Shown piece after piece: positions 26,922 to 41,858 of a stretch of 64,000 nucleotides of DNA. The notes beneath the pieces are model-generated. The model was not told the DNA's origin. It was given only the letters and a program-made list of their open reading frames with translations, and ran no database searches. Every line of letters begins with the position of its first letter. The stretch's first letter is position 1. Source of the DNA: the human T2T-CHM13v2.0 reference genome, Homo sapiens; the NCBI RefSeq assembly GCF_009914755.1, contig NC_060928.1, one strand, 5' to 3'. The position numbers and the translations under genes were made by a program.

Positions 26922-29900
26922 GTGCTTATACACAGGTAAAATACAGATAATTTTTATGAGTTCAAACTTAGTGATGGAATGAAAAGAAGGGGATAGTAGG
27001 GAAAAGAGGTGACATCTATAACATGGAATAACTATATAATGCATATCAAGGTCCCCTATGATTTTAAATATTAAAATTTGACATTTAATAATTTAACTTT
27101 GGAAATGAGAAGAGAGACACTTTGGAGCAGGAATTAACATAGACAATTCCTGAAAAAAAATATTTCATTTATAATCCTTGTTTGCAGGCTACCTAGGTGG
27201 CTGGATGGGTAAAGAGTATGAAAGGACACAACAAGAAGGACAAGCAATACTGTGAATCAGGAAAACACAAAGACATAAATTTGATTGGTTTAAGAGGCAG
27301 ATAAGACACCCTGACTAGAAGAGAATTTTTTTCTTCACAAATTATAGAAGAAAATGGGATTACATCAATCAGGGAGGAGAATTTGTTAAGAACTCTTGAT
27401 GTCAAAAATAATAACCATAAGAACAATAAAGTTGGCCCTGTTCTGTATTGATGCCATATGGAGCAAAGATTTTTGAACCAATACTCAATACATATATAAT
27501 GAATAAGAGAAATAACATTTGATGATCTGGGAAAAATGATTGAGGTATTGAGGTAATCAGGGTATAAAGAAAATTTATAGTATTGTTATGGCATTGGTCA
27601 CAAAAGGAGAAGATCATGTAAGATCTAATTCAGATAAAGAAACATAGACAAACAGTAAAAGAAAATCAAAATAAATGAAAGTTTAGTACAAATAAAATGG
27701 GATCCAAGAAGAAAAGCATTTTGTGGCAGATATATAAAAGCAAGTAAAAATGCAATGTGTTTATTTACAAACATAAATTTTCTTCAACAATTGTGTAAGA
27801 CTAGATTTTCTAGCACTACTTGTACTCGTCTAATATTTCAGACTATTTCTTTTTCAATATAGGAGGAAACACAGATGAAAAATAGTACATTAGGAAATCT
27901 CAAGTCCAATGTTCTCAATATTAATATCAAAGCAAGTTTTATTGGAAAGAAGAGTAACATTGTTATAACTGTGTGTGTATATATGAACATATATACACAT
28001 ACACAAGATATTAGGAATCTCTCAAAGTAATGTTCATAGTGGAATAGCCCTCACAAAATAAAAGCATTTTAAGATTAGATTGGTCTTACCTATACTGAGG
28101 AGTAGAAAAAAATATATACTAAAACGATTAAAAGTCTACTTCAGTGCTTAAAAATAGGAACTCAAACACAATAGAGAATTCTCTGCAGCTTGTCAATTTA
28201 GCCTCCATAAAAGAACATGGTCTCTTGGAGGGCATGATGACTTTCTCAGTTATAAAAAACATGTACTGAGGTAATAGACTGGGTAGATTTTTCCATCCCA
28301 TCTAGCTTATATCCTAAAAACTTCCAACACATGCTGAATAACAATGTCATCAATCTTGCCGCTAAGGGCTACTGAATACTGCTGTATATCATATCAACAG
28401 AAAGACAGCAGAACAGGTGGCTGTCAAACTAGCAGTATTTAGTGAACAACAGGAACATAAATTTCCAATAGGAAATTTTAGACAGAAAAGTTGGTAAAGT
28501 TAATTAAAGTCATATATATTTGCATTTAATATATGTATAAATATGTAATAAATGTTTCAACACACATAAACATGTGTCATATGGTTATAAGTTTATTCTA
28601 TCTTATATAACACTAAATAATGTAAACTTAGCTGCAAGATTTTTATCGAGACTATGAATATAATTCTAAATTGTATATGAATATTCACACTGGAAAGATT
28701 TTTCATATCTCTTTCATAATAGTTTGATCTTAAAATCATCATGTAAATGTCATATAAATCATAGACATGTCTTACAATCATCAGTTATTTTGTAAATATT
28801 TTACTACACCCTCTGGGGAATACAAATTAGAAGTCATTAACATTTATTAGCTACAGTACTGTGATTACATACTATAAATGACAGAATGCTCTACATAGAT
28901 AACTTATAATAGTTGAAGAATGTAAAATTAATCAAGTGGTTTTAAAATATCTTCTTTCCCAAAAGACAATGTTTTTTTAAAATTGCCACCGGTTGAAGAA
29001 AACACTCTGCTTTTACAGACTCAAAATTATAACGTTAGGAGCACCTATATGAACTATTTTTCTTAGAGCCAATTTTCTATATAATGTAACATAATCACTT
29101 CAGCGATAGCTCATCATATTCATAGGTTCCACCCACTCTCAAAAGTGAGGTGACTTTACAAGGTCCAGATTCATTGTGGGATTATTTTAGAATCATTCAC
29201 ATCTCAATCACCTTTAGTTACATGTTTCAACACTGTAAGATGTATGTAACTAGGTGTGTTTCCACTGAATGAGAATTTACCTCCACAGGTAATTTATAAT
29301 GCAGATAATTTATGCATTGATAAATAGGCTTTGTGTGAAATAAGTGTGTTCTCTCCCTGTATCTAAACTTTTACAATGAAGTCTCATGTTGCATGAGACA
29401 AGGCCATTTGAGTCATGACATTTTAAGCATTTTTCTAACTCAATCATTGGTATACGTTTGATGATTTACCTTTACTATATTAACCCATGTATTATTGCTG
29501 TGGTATGGGAGTTATAGAGACTTCCCCTGAACATCCGTCCTTTTATTCTTCAAGATTTATATAATACACTTATGTTGTTTTTAATAATAAAAACTAAAAT
29601 ATTAGATTACAGTTTATAGAAACTTTTTTAGTAAGTCACTTTTCTGTAATTGTGTGGCCCTCCCATATACACTCCCTGATAGCAAGCTCATATGGTAGCG
29701 TTTTCTTTGCCTTGGCCGCTACTAAGAACTCAACAATTTAGCATCTGTTGCTGTAACTTGTTTTTATAAACATGGAAGATAATTGACATTTTTGCCAAAA
29801 TTAATTTAAAAAATTTTAGAGGAGTCTATAATAGCCTGTAAAGATAAAACAAAGAAACATGATTATTTGGTGAGTTATGAGAATTTGCTGTCTCTTTTTA

Positions 29901-30809
29901 TCAAGATATATTTATTACAATAATCATTTTGAAAAACGTATTTTTAAATATTTTTACATTCGTGAAAAGCCTATCAGAAAAAAACTGTCATATTTAAAGA
30001 AAACTTAACTAATATTTGTTTGTCTAATTATTAAGGATTGTAGTTTGACATTTTTGAAGTAAATTATTTTCTAAAAACTACCAGACATCCTCTATTTATA
30101 ATTGATTTATAATTACTGACCCTCTGTTCATTTCCTCACTCTAAACACATCCTATAAATAATTTAAAATATATCCCTTAAACGTTTTACACATGATAATT
30201 CTAATTTTTTGTATGATGTAAAGCCAGGAAATAGTACCTTACACTTTTCTCCAACACTCCACCTTAGTGAAAAGTGAAATGAACATGGCAGAATGCCAGA
30301 ACTGTCAGAACACTGAAGAGAGCAGACAAATGATATCAAATAATAGTGAATAGTAAATTAAGAAGAAAGAAAGGTTATCATTTTGCAATAAAGATGGTCT
30401 ATGAATTTGAAAGCTTATTTTCAATAAAATATTACAATAACCAGCCATTCATAACCTGAAAGAAATACAAGATATTGCAAAACAATTTATATTCAAAAGC
30501 AAAAGTTTTAACAAGACTTGCACTTACAAAATATGCTTTGTCTATTTTAGTCAGGCATCTATAAATATCAGAGCTTCTATACCTGTCACAATGAAATTTA
30601 TAAATATATTTTTATTTTTATTCACTTGCACACACAAAAACACACACGCATGTATGCTAATAGTGTTCCATTTAAGATTCTTATTGTCCCCACTGTAAAA
30701 TATGTCATTGCTCGAAAATTATAATGTATTTTACTAAACTACTCAATTCATACTTACTGATATTAAAATAAAAGATACCCTAATTAATAGTATATATAAA
30801 ACTTAATTA

Positions 30810-31560
30810 TTTTTTATTTACAAACTAAAATTGTATATATTTATGGTATACAACACGATGTTTTGTTATATGTATACAATGTGAATAGCTAAATCAAGAA
30901 AATTAACACGTATATTTTCTCACATACTTATCATTTCTTGTGGTGAGAACCCTGAAAATCTACTCTCATAGCCATTTTCTAGTATACAAGATATTGCTGT
31001 TAACTATAGTCACTATGATGTACAATACACCTTTTGAACTTATCTCTTCTATCTAAATAAAATTTTGTATTTTTTGACCAATCTTTCTACTCCCCAGACT
31101 CTGGTAACTACTATTCTACACTCTGCTTCTGAGTTGAACGTTTTTAGGTTCTATTCATAGGTGACATGATGCTGTATTTGTGTTTGTGTGCCTTACTTGT
31201 GTTACCTCACATAGTGTTCTCTAAGTTGTCATAAAGAGAGGATTTTTTTCCTAAGGCTGAATAGTATTTCATCATGTGTATACAGCACATTTTCTTTATC
31301 CATTTATCTGTTGATGGACACTGAGGTTGATTCCACATCTTGGCTATTGTGAATAGTGCTGCAATAAATATGAGAGTGCAGATATCTCTTCAACGTATTG
31401 GTTTTATTTCCTTTGTAAATTTTTTGAAGAAACTTCATGTTGGTTTCGATAATGGCTGTAACTATTTACATTCCCATGAATAGTATGTAAGAGTTTCTTT
31501 TTCTTCATATCCTCACCAATACTTGTTATCTTTTGTCTTTTTAGTAATAACCATTCTAAA
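30810..31560 (-). mobile_element. L1MA (MA8/MA9-like) 3' end, non-inverted part
   Basis: T-rich tail, AAAATTGTATATATTTATGGTATACAAC, TGTGGTGAGAAC, GGCTGAATAGTATTTCAT, CTTGGCTATTGTGAATAGTGCTGCAATAAA, ending AATAACCATTCTAA. Confidence 0.92.
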
Positions 31561-32068
31561 ATAAATCAAAGATTTAAACCCAAGACCTGAAATTGTAAAA
31601 TTACTAGCAGAAAACACAAGGGAAAACTCCATGGCATTGGTCTAGGCAATGATTTTTTGAACAGGAACACAAAGGCACAGGCAGCAAAAGCAAAAATAGA
31701 CAAATGAGAAGAAATTAAAGGAAAATGTTTCTGCACAGCCAAGGAAAATATGTTTCTGCACAGCCAAGGAAACACTCAGCAAAGTGAAAAGACAGCCTGC
31801 AGAATGGGAGAAACATCCATCTGATATTTGAAGACTATATGTCTGAAAAAGAGTTAATATCCACAAATATAAGAACTTAAACAACTCAATAGCAAGAAAA
31901 CAACCTGATTGAAAAATGGGCAAAGGATCTGAATAGAAGTTTTTCAACAGAAGACACAAAAAAGGCCAGCAGGTATATGTGAAAAATGCTCAACATCACT
32001 AATCATTAGGGGAATGCAAATTAAAACCATAAAGACATATTACCTCACACCTGTTAGAATGACTATTA
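31561..32068 (+). mobile_element. L1MA late-ORF2 segment, inverted 5' part of the same insertion
   Basis: CAAAGATTTAAACCCAAGACCTGAAA, CATTGGTCTAGGCAATGATTT, CAAAAATAGACAAATG, AAAATGCTCAACATCACTAATC, CCTCACACCTGTTAGAATGACTATTA. Confidence 0.92.
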
Positions 32069-32261
32069 AATTTATTTTAAATGAGCTACAGTAAGAACAA
32101 CTGCAAGAACAGTGTATTTTATATTGTTTTTCTTGTTTTATTTTGACAAATACATCATATTTGCAAATACAAATCAACTTTTAGAATGCAATGTGTCTTG
32201 GGCATAAACCATCTTGCTTTTCAAGGAATGTTTGACTAGACATGATAAAAATTATTGTCTA

Positions 32262-32631
<370 letters not shown>

Positions 32632-32687
32632 TTAAAATTAAAACAACATCTACAGTAGTGTGTCTGTGGGCAGGTGGGTAGTTGAAG

Positions 32688-32712
32688 TGTGTGTGTGTGT
32701 GTGTGTGTGTGT
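32688..32712 (+). repeat. (GT)n microsatellite
   Basis: Perfect GT run. Confidence 0.95.
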
Positions 32713-34519
32713 TTTATTTCCTAATTAGGTAAATGATTTAAAATTTTTAATAACAGAAAGGAATTTTAACTAATAAAGAATGAACAAAGGAAAGCTACTG
32801 ACCTTTTGCAGGAAACTGTTACAAAGAAAAAAACACATCTTTTTTTTAATCAGAGAGCCTATTAACTCTTTAATATTCTCAGAATTTTTTTTTTGACTTG
32901 CTTCTTTTCATTCCTGGTAGGAAAACTGGCTATTTAAGTGTTTAAACTGTGATCATTATTAATGGTGAGTTTCACAAGTTCATCATCACCATGTAAATTT
33001 GCTTAACTAGTGCTGAGACTTATTTGCCTTGGATTTGTGGAGAACAGTGCCCACACTTTATTATATGAAGTAATTACACAGCAAAATACAGAATTGCTGC
33101 TTCCATGGAGTTTAGATAATAAAACAGATAATACATCATAACTTTCATGTTCCTAGTCAATAACAAAAATCACTTTTCAGTTAAAATTTAGCCTAGAAGT
33201 TGGATTCTCATATACTAGGACTGCTCATAGTCTTTATTCAGGATGTGGAAAATCCAGAAACAAAAGGGAGACATTGTTATACAGCCAAGCTGTTCCTAAC
33301 AAAATAGATTCTAAAATTCAAATAGTAAAAGCTTAAATCATGTATTGTCAGAAGAGAGAAATACTTTTTGGTTATTGTTCTACTTTCAGAAATTGTAATA
33401 TATTTTTAATGTAAGAAAAATAGGTGTTTTGTCTCAAGGAAACAAAAATCAGAACAGGATGTTACAAATGAAAATAGCATGGAATACCTTGGAGAAAAGC
33501 AGCCAAGCGTGGGCAATGAAAAGACACATACAGGCTGTGCTAGTGCAGAACCAATCTAACAGTTCCCTGTTAGCAAGGTATTGGAAATCAATATCAGAGG
33601 TGCATTATATATTATTTACAGTCATTTTGTATAACTATGCTTAGCTACTTGATGAAATGTGTATATAGGTTTACCTTCAATTTTGACCCTTGCTTGTCGT
33701 ATGCCACAGAACCCTATGTTTAAGTGCCAAATTAACATCTGTGCTTAAAGGCCCAATATGTCTCTCACACAGAACAGTTTCAAACAAAACTTGTAATTTT
33801 CCTGGTTATAAAGACCTATTTTCACTGCACCTAAAACCAAGGTAGTAATGCCATGCTACGTGTATATAATGGCAAATTCCTGACCAATATCTTTTCTTCT
33901 TTAACTTATGTTTGACCCTGGTGCCCACCAACTTGCTAAAGTTATTCTTGAATCCATCATTATCTGAAGTGATTTTATCTCTTTACATAATGATTATATC
34001 ACATATATTCCCTTGTGATTCCTGTGTTCTATCACATATCCTGCTTATTTCACTGCAGCCTTTTTTCTTGCAATGTATTTTGATTGCTTGAAGAGTTTTC
34101 TTTCATAATGATAACAGAAGTTATTGCAATAACATTTCTGACGTTGAAAAAAAGAAGAAAAGAAAATCACACTGATGTATGACAAAATGCAGGTTTCACT
34201 GTGGCTTTACCTGCCCTGAAGAATATGGTTAAAGAAACAGAGGATAAGAATATGCAACTGATTAAGCATCGGTACAGTCCTTTGTTCATTGACAATCACA
34301 ACGAAGACTGGCCAACACATATAAGAATGGTAAATGCGAAATAGCAAAAGAATTCAAGAGATTTGAAGAGAATTGAAGAGAAAGGAGGACCATATCTTTA
34401 TCAGTCTGATAGGTGAATAAATCACATTAATTATTTGAAAGGAAAAAAATATTGTATAATACAAATGCATTGTTAAGGAAATTGTGACAGTAAGATTAAA
34501 AAGTAAACACTAAGGTATC

Positions 34520-35049
34520 ATGGCGGTCACACTGCTGGCAGAAGTTTCCATCTCTAGGATTGAGAACAAAAACAGAAGAAGCTGAAATTATTAAAGAAAA
34601 GGCCTGTGGAGGTTGGCTTTAACTTCTCAGGAAGAGGCACTGTTTATCTGGAGCTGTTGTACAGATCAGGAAGTAGGGGCCCTGTGGGACTGAGATGCCA
34701 TCTCAGAAAGAGAACACTGAATCTGGTTCTGCAAGTGGTAGAAAAATTGACAACTGTAGTCTCTTGCCGCTATGGGAAGGGCATGCTTCTTCTGGAGTGA
34801 CGTGGCAGGTGTGGCACTCAGAGAAACGGCAAGCAGAAATAGAGCCAATAGGAGGTTAACAGGAGGGGGCAGGTATTTTTCTTATAACTCCACCTTTGCG
34901 GTTTTCCTTTAGCACTCCCTACTGGCAAAGCCTAACAGAGAAGCTGGCAAAGGAGAAAAGTCGATTTCAGAGGAGCAAGCCCAGCATCATAAAACAGGGT
35001 ATAGAAGGGCGGACTTGAAGCAGGAAAACATTAAATTATAACTGGTACA
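34520..35049 (-). mobile_element. LTR78/LTR79-like ancient LTR
   Basis: CTGGCAAAGCCTAACAG...CTGGCAAAGGAGAAA...CCCAGCATCATAAAACAGGGTATAGAAGGG...ATAACTGGTACA matches the antisense 5' end recalled for this family; left boundary approximate. Confidence 0.7.
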
Positions 35050-35699
35050 GCATCTGTAAAGGGACCCTGCATAATTCTAGTTCACTTCAAGCTTCCATTT
35101 TTGCCTCTCATATCTGTTTCATACTAAATGTGTATGTAACCACACAAATGATTTCCTGGTTGTTTTTTATGACCTGTATAGTTCATGCCACATGAACTCA
35201 TTAACTCTTTGAAGAAGAGAAAAAGTTAAAAATAAATAACGTGACTTATAGCACTGGACAAATAGAATAGAAAGGTAAAAACTGGAGATAATATATTGCT
35301 AAAGACTTCTTCACAGTTATGTTTCCTAATAAGGTAAGATAGCACATTAAGGTGTTTTTCAGGGCCCTTTTTTTCCCATTTGATGCAATTGGATGCAATT
35401 TGAATGCAATTAGGACTATGTTTATTTAAACATTTGGACAAAGTTTATTGACTTAATTTTGTGCTTTATGCAATTTTCTGATTTTCTACACCAAACAACT
35501 ACGTATTACTTTTATAAATAGAAAAAAAAAAGCACAAGAAAGAATAAAAGCTGTAAGATCGATAATAGAGGAAAATAATTAAAAAGGATATAAAAACAGT
35601 TGTTATTTATAATATTTTGAGGCCATATAAATAAAAAAACTCAACATAAAAAAGTGCAAAAAACATTAAGCAAGTTACAGAACACAAATGGTTAATCGA

Positions 35700-37436
<1,737 letters not shown>

Positions 37437-37727
37437 ATAATATATGTGCATATGTATTTATATGTGTGCATATATATGCATACTGTATCTACACATATGT
37501 ATCTCTTCATGCTTATATCCTACACATACATACCTATTATCATGTAATACAGAAAATACATGTATTATAAATATATACAGGGGAACTTTTAAACAAAACT
37601 ATTTCTTTTAAAGTTTCCTTTTCCCTGACATTTTAACCCTTTCTATTTGACTTTCTCGGTAGTTCTGAACTCAAGTTTTAACTGCCAAACCTAGTGAGTC
37701 ACCTTTATAAAAAATATTTTGTCTTTT

Positions 37728-37795
37728 TTGTTTATTTGTTTGTTTGCTTGAGATGGAGTCTTGCTTGGTCGCCCAGGCTGGAGTGCAGTGGCACG
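37728..37795 (-). mobile_element. Severely 5'-truncated Alu 3' end
   Basis: (TTTG)n tail plus TGAGATGGAGTCTTGCT...GCCCAGGCTGGAGTGCAGTGGCACG; TSD TGTCTTTT at 37720-37727 and 37796-37803. Confidence 0.9.
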
Positions 37796-38084
37796 TGTCT
37801 TTTATATTTTTGTTACTGGTTAAATGTAGAACTTTCTCATTCAATTTAAGGTCATGACTAGCATATATTTTATTACATATTGAATTCAATTATCCTTAGT
37901 CACAACTCTTAAATGTTTTTAATGATTTTATTAAGGATATTAATTATTGTAATATGTAACCATAAATTAATATTTTGGCCTATTTTCCTGATTTCTTATA
38001 GTAAAATTGTAATTTATAAGTTAACCTAAACTTCTCATACAAAATTCTGATGTTTTCCATAATAGCATCATTATAATGCAGTTT

Positions 38085-38335
38085 ATAGCTGCATAGTTTT
38101 TAGACCCTAAATATCTGGGATGGAATTCTAGGTTTTTCATTCATTTGCTGTGCAATATTGGGAAAATATTTTAATCTCCTGGTGACTCAGTTTTCTCACT
38201 TATGAAATAATGATGCTATTATAATTAATAGTAGTATACTTCCACCACAAATTTGTCATAAATATTAAATAAGTAATGTTAAGTGTACTATATAGCATTG
38301 CTTGACATATAGCATTGCTTGACATAAAGCAATCA
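38085..38335 (+). mobile_element. MIR
   Basis: TCATTTGCTGTGCAATATTGGGAAAATATTTTAATCTCC...CTCAGTTTTCTCACTTATGAAAT core. Confidence 0.8.
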
Positions 38336-38364
38336 ATTGGAATTTGTATGCCAATTGGTAAAAA

Positions 38365-38368
<4 letters not shown>

Positions 38369-38403
<35 letters not shown>
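38369..38403 (+). repeat. (TA)n microsatellite
   Basis: Perfect TA run of about 17 units. Confidence 0.96.
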
Positions 38404-38405
<2 letters not shown>

Positions 38406-39422
38406 TTACAAATCACTGTCTTCTTAAGTTTACTAAACAGAAATTCTCAGATAATTAATGGTCTACCAGTAATTACATTTTTTTCCTACCACTCAGATCT
38501 TTAGTCTGAACTTTGATTTTTCCTTCCTAAAGCTGCTTCTTTGAAGGCCACCTGCAACCCTCTTCATCCAGATGTGATAAACTGCCATCTACACTAATCT
38601 ACTTGCACATAAGATTGATGATTTTTGTTCTGCAGTTTTTACTTTGCATTCAGCTTCTCCCCTACACTTCCATGATATATGTTGAGATAAGGGCCTATCT
38701 CCATACTATTTCCCTTTTGACGGTAAATTGACAAGTAGAGAAGGGCAAAGTGGATCACCAGGTACAAAACCTTCTCTTCTGAGATTAACTCATTGACAGA
38801 AAATGCTTTTGTCACTGTCCCTGGAACAAATGTTTTCTTTTTCGGAGACCTCAAATCTGAATGTATTATCTTGAAATAAGTTTATCATAGATCTGAAGTA
38901 TCATTTGCTTTATCTAACTTATAAACCACTTTTGCATTTTCTTAATTGTTCTGTCCTTAGGCAGTGTGAGGAAAGTGGCTTCTGGCAGGATCTTTGAGAT
39001 AAGAACAGTGTAAGTTTTTTTTTGACAGTCTGGTTAGAATTGTTTTCAATATGATTTCAAGTCTTATTTTACTTTCCAATTAAAGTATCTTATTCTAATA
39101 TTTTACTATGTAGTCTATGACTGACATTGTTGACTTATTTAATGTCTTTCATTCTTTGGGTCACACTAGTCTTCTATAAAATTATACCTTCAATCTAAAT
39201 ATAATTCACTCCAAGGATTATATTATATTATATTATTATATTATATATTACATTATAGAATTACAAAATTATTTTAAAAGTTAGTGAGTCTTCTCTACAT
39301 TGAACAACGTCTAAACATATGGTAGATTCAATATTCAAATGTAGTAGTCTACATTTAAAATATGGTCCAATAGAGCAAAACATCACAGGGCTGGTCAAGC
39401 TTACCTATTTATGCCATTACCC

Positions 39423-39671
39423 AGTCTTCCGTTTTGTTTTGTTTTCTCTCATGTAATTTACATCCTGATTTGTATCATTTCCTCTCACACTGTTCAGTTT
39501 TAGTAGTTCACCTAGGGGAGACCCCATGCTCTGAACTGTTCTAGGCTATTTCACTTGATATTTATCCCCACCCCACCCCCATTCTCAAATTTCCACCAGC
39601 TGATTTCAGTATACACTACCTATATTTGTTCCATTTCCTGAGGACTGGGTAGTAGGTTCAAATTAATGAAA
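39423..39671 (+). repeat. 249-bp dispersed direct duplication, copy B (probable donor)
   Basis: Aligns without gaps to 36752-37000 with 6 mismatches. Confidence 0.97.
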
Positions 39672-39721
39672 TAATCCACACAGCTGGGTTGATTAACAAT
39701 TCCTAACACTTTTTGCCATTC

Positions 39722-40476
39722 TTGGTGTGGCTCCATGTGGGCCCCATGGAGGTGCCCAGGTGGGGGTGACTGTGACCCGCGAAGCCCAAGAGAGCATGTT
39801 ACAATTGCTCTTTTAGCTCTGCAGTCCATGGACCGCAGTGTATTATCAACGCAGGGGGCCCATTGTCTCATGGTGTGGGACGGCTGCCCTCCATCAGTGA
39901 GAGCAAAGGGCCTGTGTGACAGCCTTTTTGGGTAAACACACTTGGTGGGTCCCAGGCTCTTGTCTGGCATCCAAGAAGAATAACGTTGCATGGACACTTG
40001 AAGGATGGTGGAGGTGGGGAATTTTATTTAGTGATGGAAATGGCTCTCAGCTGAGAGGGGAGCTGGAGAGTAGGCGGCACAGGCAGGTCATTTTCCCTGA
40101 AGTCTGGCCGTCCCTGGCTGGCTCTTCTTGAAAGTTAAGCCATCTCCCCTCTAAAGCCTAGTCATCCCTCTGAAATCCAGTCATCCCTCTGAAATCCAGT
40201 CATCTCTCTCCAGTCAAGCTGCTTCTCTCTAACAACTGAGTCTGGGGTATTTATAGGCACAGGATAGGGGCAGGTGGACTGTAGGTAATTTGGGAAAAGG
40301 CAACATTCAATTGGTAAAAAGACATTATTCAGGAAGAAACAATCAGGAGAGAGCAGGCAAACAGGGATTGAGTTTTACTTCAGGCTGCAGGTTTCAGGCT
40401 TTTCAGCTCAAAGGTGGGGTTTTGCTGGGGACCAGGCCCTGTCTGCCTAGAATTTCTCTGCCTCTTGCTTCTATCA
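39722..40476 (-). mobile_element. LTR27-like ERV1 LTR (3' boundary uncertain)
   Basis: Minus strand starts TGATAGAAGCAAGAGGCAGAGAAATTCTAGGCAGACAGGG; CCTATAAATACCCCAGACTCAG; 19-bp internal repeats; AATAAAA; GCTAAAAGAGCAATTGTAACA. Confidence 0.85.
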
Positions 40477-41190
40477 CTCCCAGAACACTACAATATGAAT
40501 TTACATATGGGACATAAAATATAGTTTGTCACACAATCTGAGAACACACTTTGTGAAATTTATAACATCTTATCTCAGCATACACCACTTATATACTATA
40601 TATTTTTTGTTTTGGGAAATTTCCTTCTTTTAATTTACATGGGGGATGAAAGCAGACAATGGGAAACTTCATTAGTAGTTACTCATAGAGAATGAGTTCT
40701 CATAAATTCCCTGCCTTAGAGAAAAGGAAACATAAGATTACCAATGGGGGAAACAGGGAGTTAAGTAACAATATCACCTTTATAGAATTCCTTTCCTGCT
40801 ACTCCCTAACCTTTTTCATTTGCTTGTTCTCTATAATTTTTTTCCTATTCTTCGAACCTTAAGTTAGAATTAACTCATTTTATTTAAGTGATTTTCATTG
40901 CTTGGTTAAGGAGTGATATTTAACATTACCTTTTATTGTTTTGAAGGTAATAATTTTTGGTCTGCTGTTTCAGGTATCTTGTTTTTAAATTTGAATTTTA
41001 AGTTTTACTTTCACTATATATGCTTAAATATAAAATTCTGTTTTTGTTTAGGGGTTATAAGGGTTTCTTGAATCTGTTGCTTATTGTCTATTTCTAACTT
41101 TGGATATTTATCAACCATTATCTATTCAAATATTGCTTTTTACCTCCACTCCTCTTTTCTCTACTTTAGATACCAAAGATATACTAACTA

Positions 41191-41858
41191 AGCTACCAGG
41201 AATTCTGCCTTGGAATGGATTTTTTAATGCAGGAAGTTAACAGATCCGGGGCTGTGGACTGGCAATCTCAGTTCTTGTGACAGTGAGCAAAGAGTTGCAG
41301 AATAACACCAAACTGTAAGCTCAAAGCAAAGTTTGAAGCACAGTAATACACTCTCAGAGGGAGAGCAGACTGATTTCTGTGAAGTGAAATCAGCACCCCT
41401 TTACAGAGCTGAAAGGGCTTGTACGCAGTTTGTGGGGGAAGTCGAAGTTTAAGCTCTGAGTGACAGGATGATGTTAGTTGATTGCCAGTTTATGGTTATA
41501 TAACTAAAGCTAAAATGCACATGTTTAAAACCATAATTCATTAAGAAAAGCCCTCTTTGGGGCAAAACCACATGTAAATTTTATTATAATGAAGGTATAA
41601 TGAGCTTAGGCTTAACTTAAAGATACAGTTTTAGGTTACTGGGCATGTTTCATTTTAGGGAATCTCCACCTGTGCCCTAGTTTCCTCTTTTACCAGCTGT
41701 GCTGGCCACAGACTTTACCAAAAACTCCATCCATAAGGGTGGAAATAGGAGGGTCTTAGGGCTGAACTTCAGCAGGCCAGGGACTGTCTTAGTGACAGCC
41801 TTTCTGTTCTCCCTTCTCATCCCCTCCGTGCTGCTAATGCCTACCTAACTACCTAGCA
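41191..41858 (-). mobile_element. ERV1 solo LTR of the LTR9/MER61-related type (possibly LTR36/LTR32), inside old L1M remnants
   Basis: Minus strand starts TGCTAGGTAGTTAGGTAGGCATTAGCAGC; near-TSD ACTA (41187-41190) / ACTG (41859-41862). Confidence 0.7.

Noticed and set aside
29692-29723. Hairpin TGGTAGCG...CGCTACTA as a small RNA
   Set aside because: Only an 8-bp stem; no tRNA, Y RNA, snoRNA or Pol III features.
40159-40210. 19-bp tandem repeat AGTCATCCCTCTGAAATCC
   Set aside because: Lies within the LTR27-like element and looks like a native internal repeat of that family.
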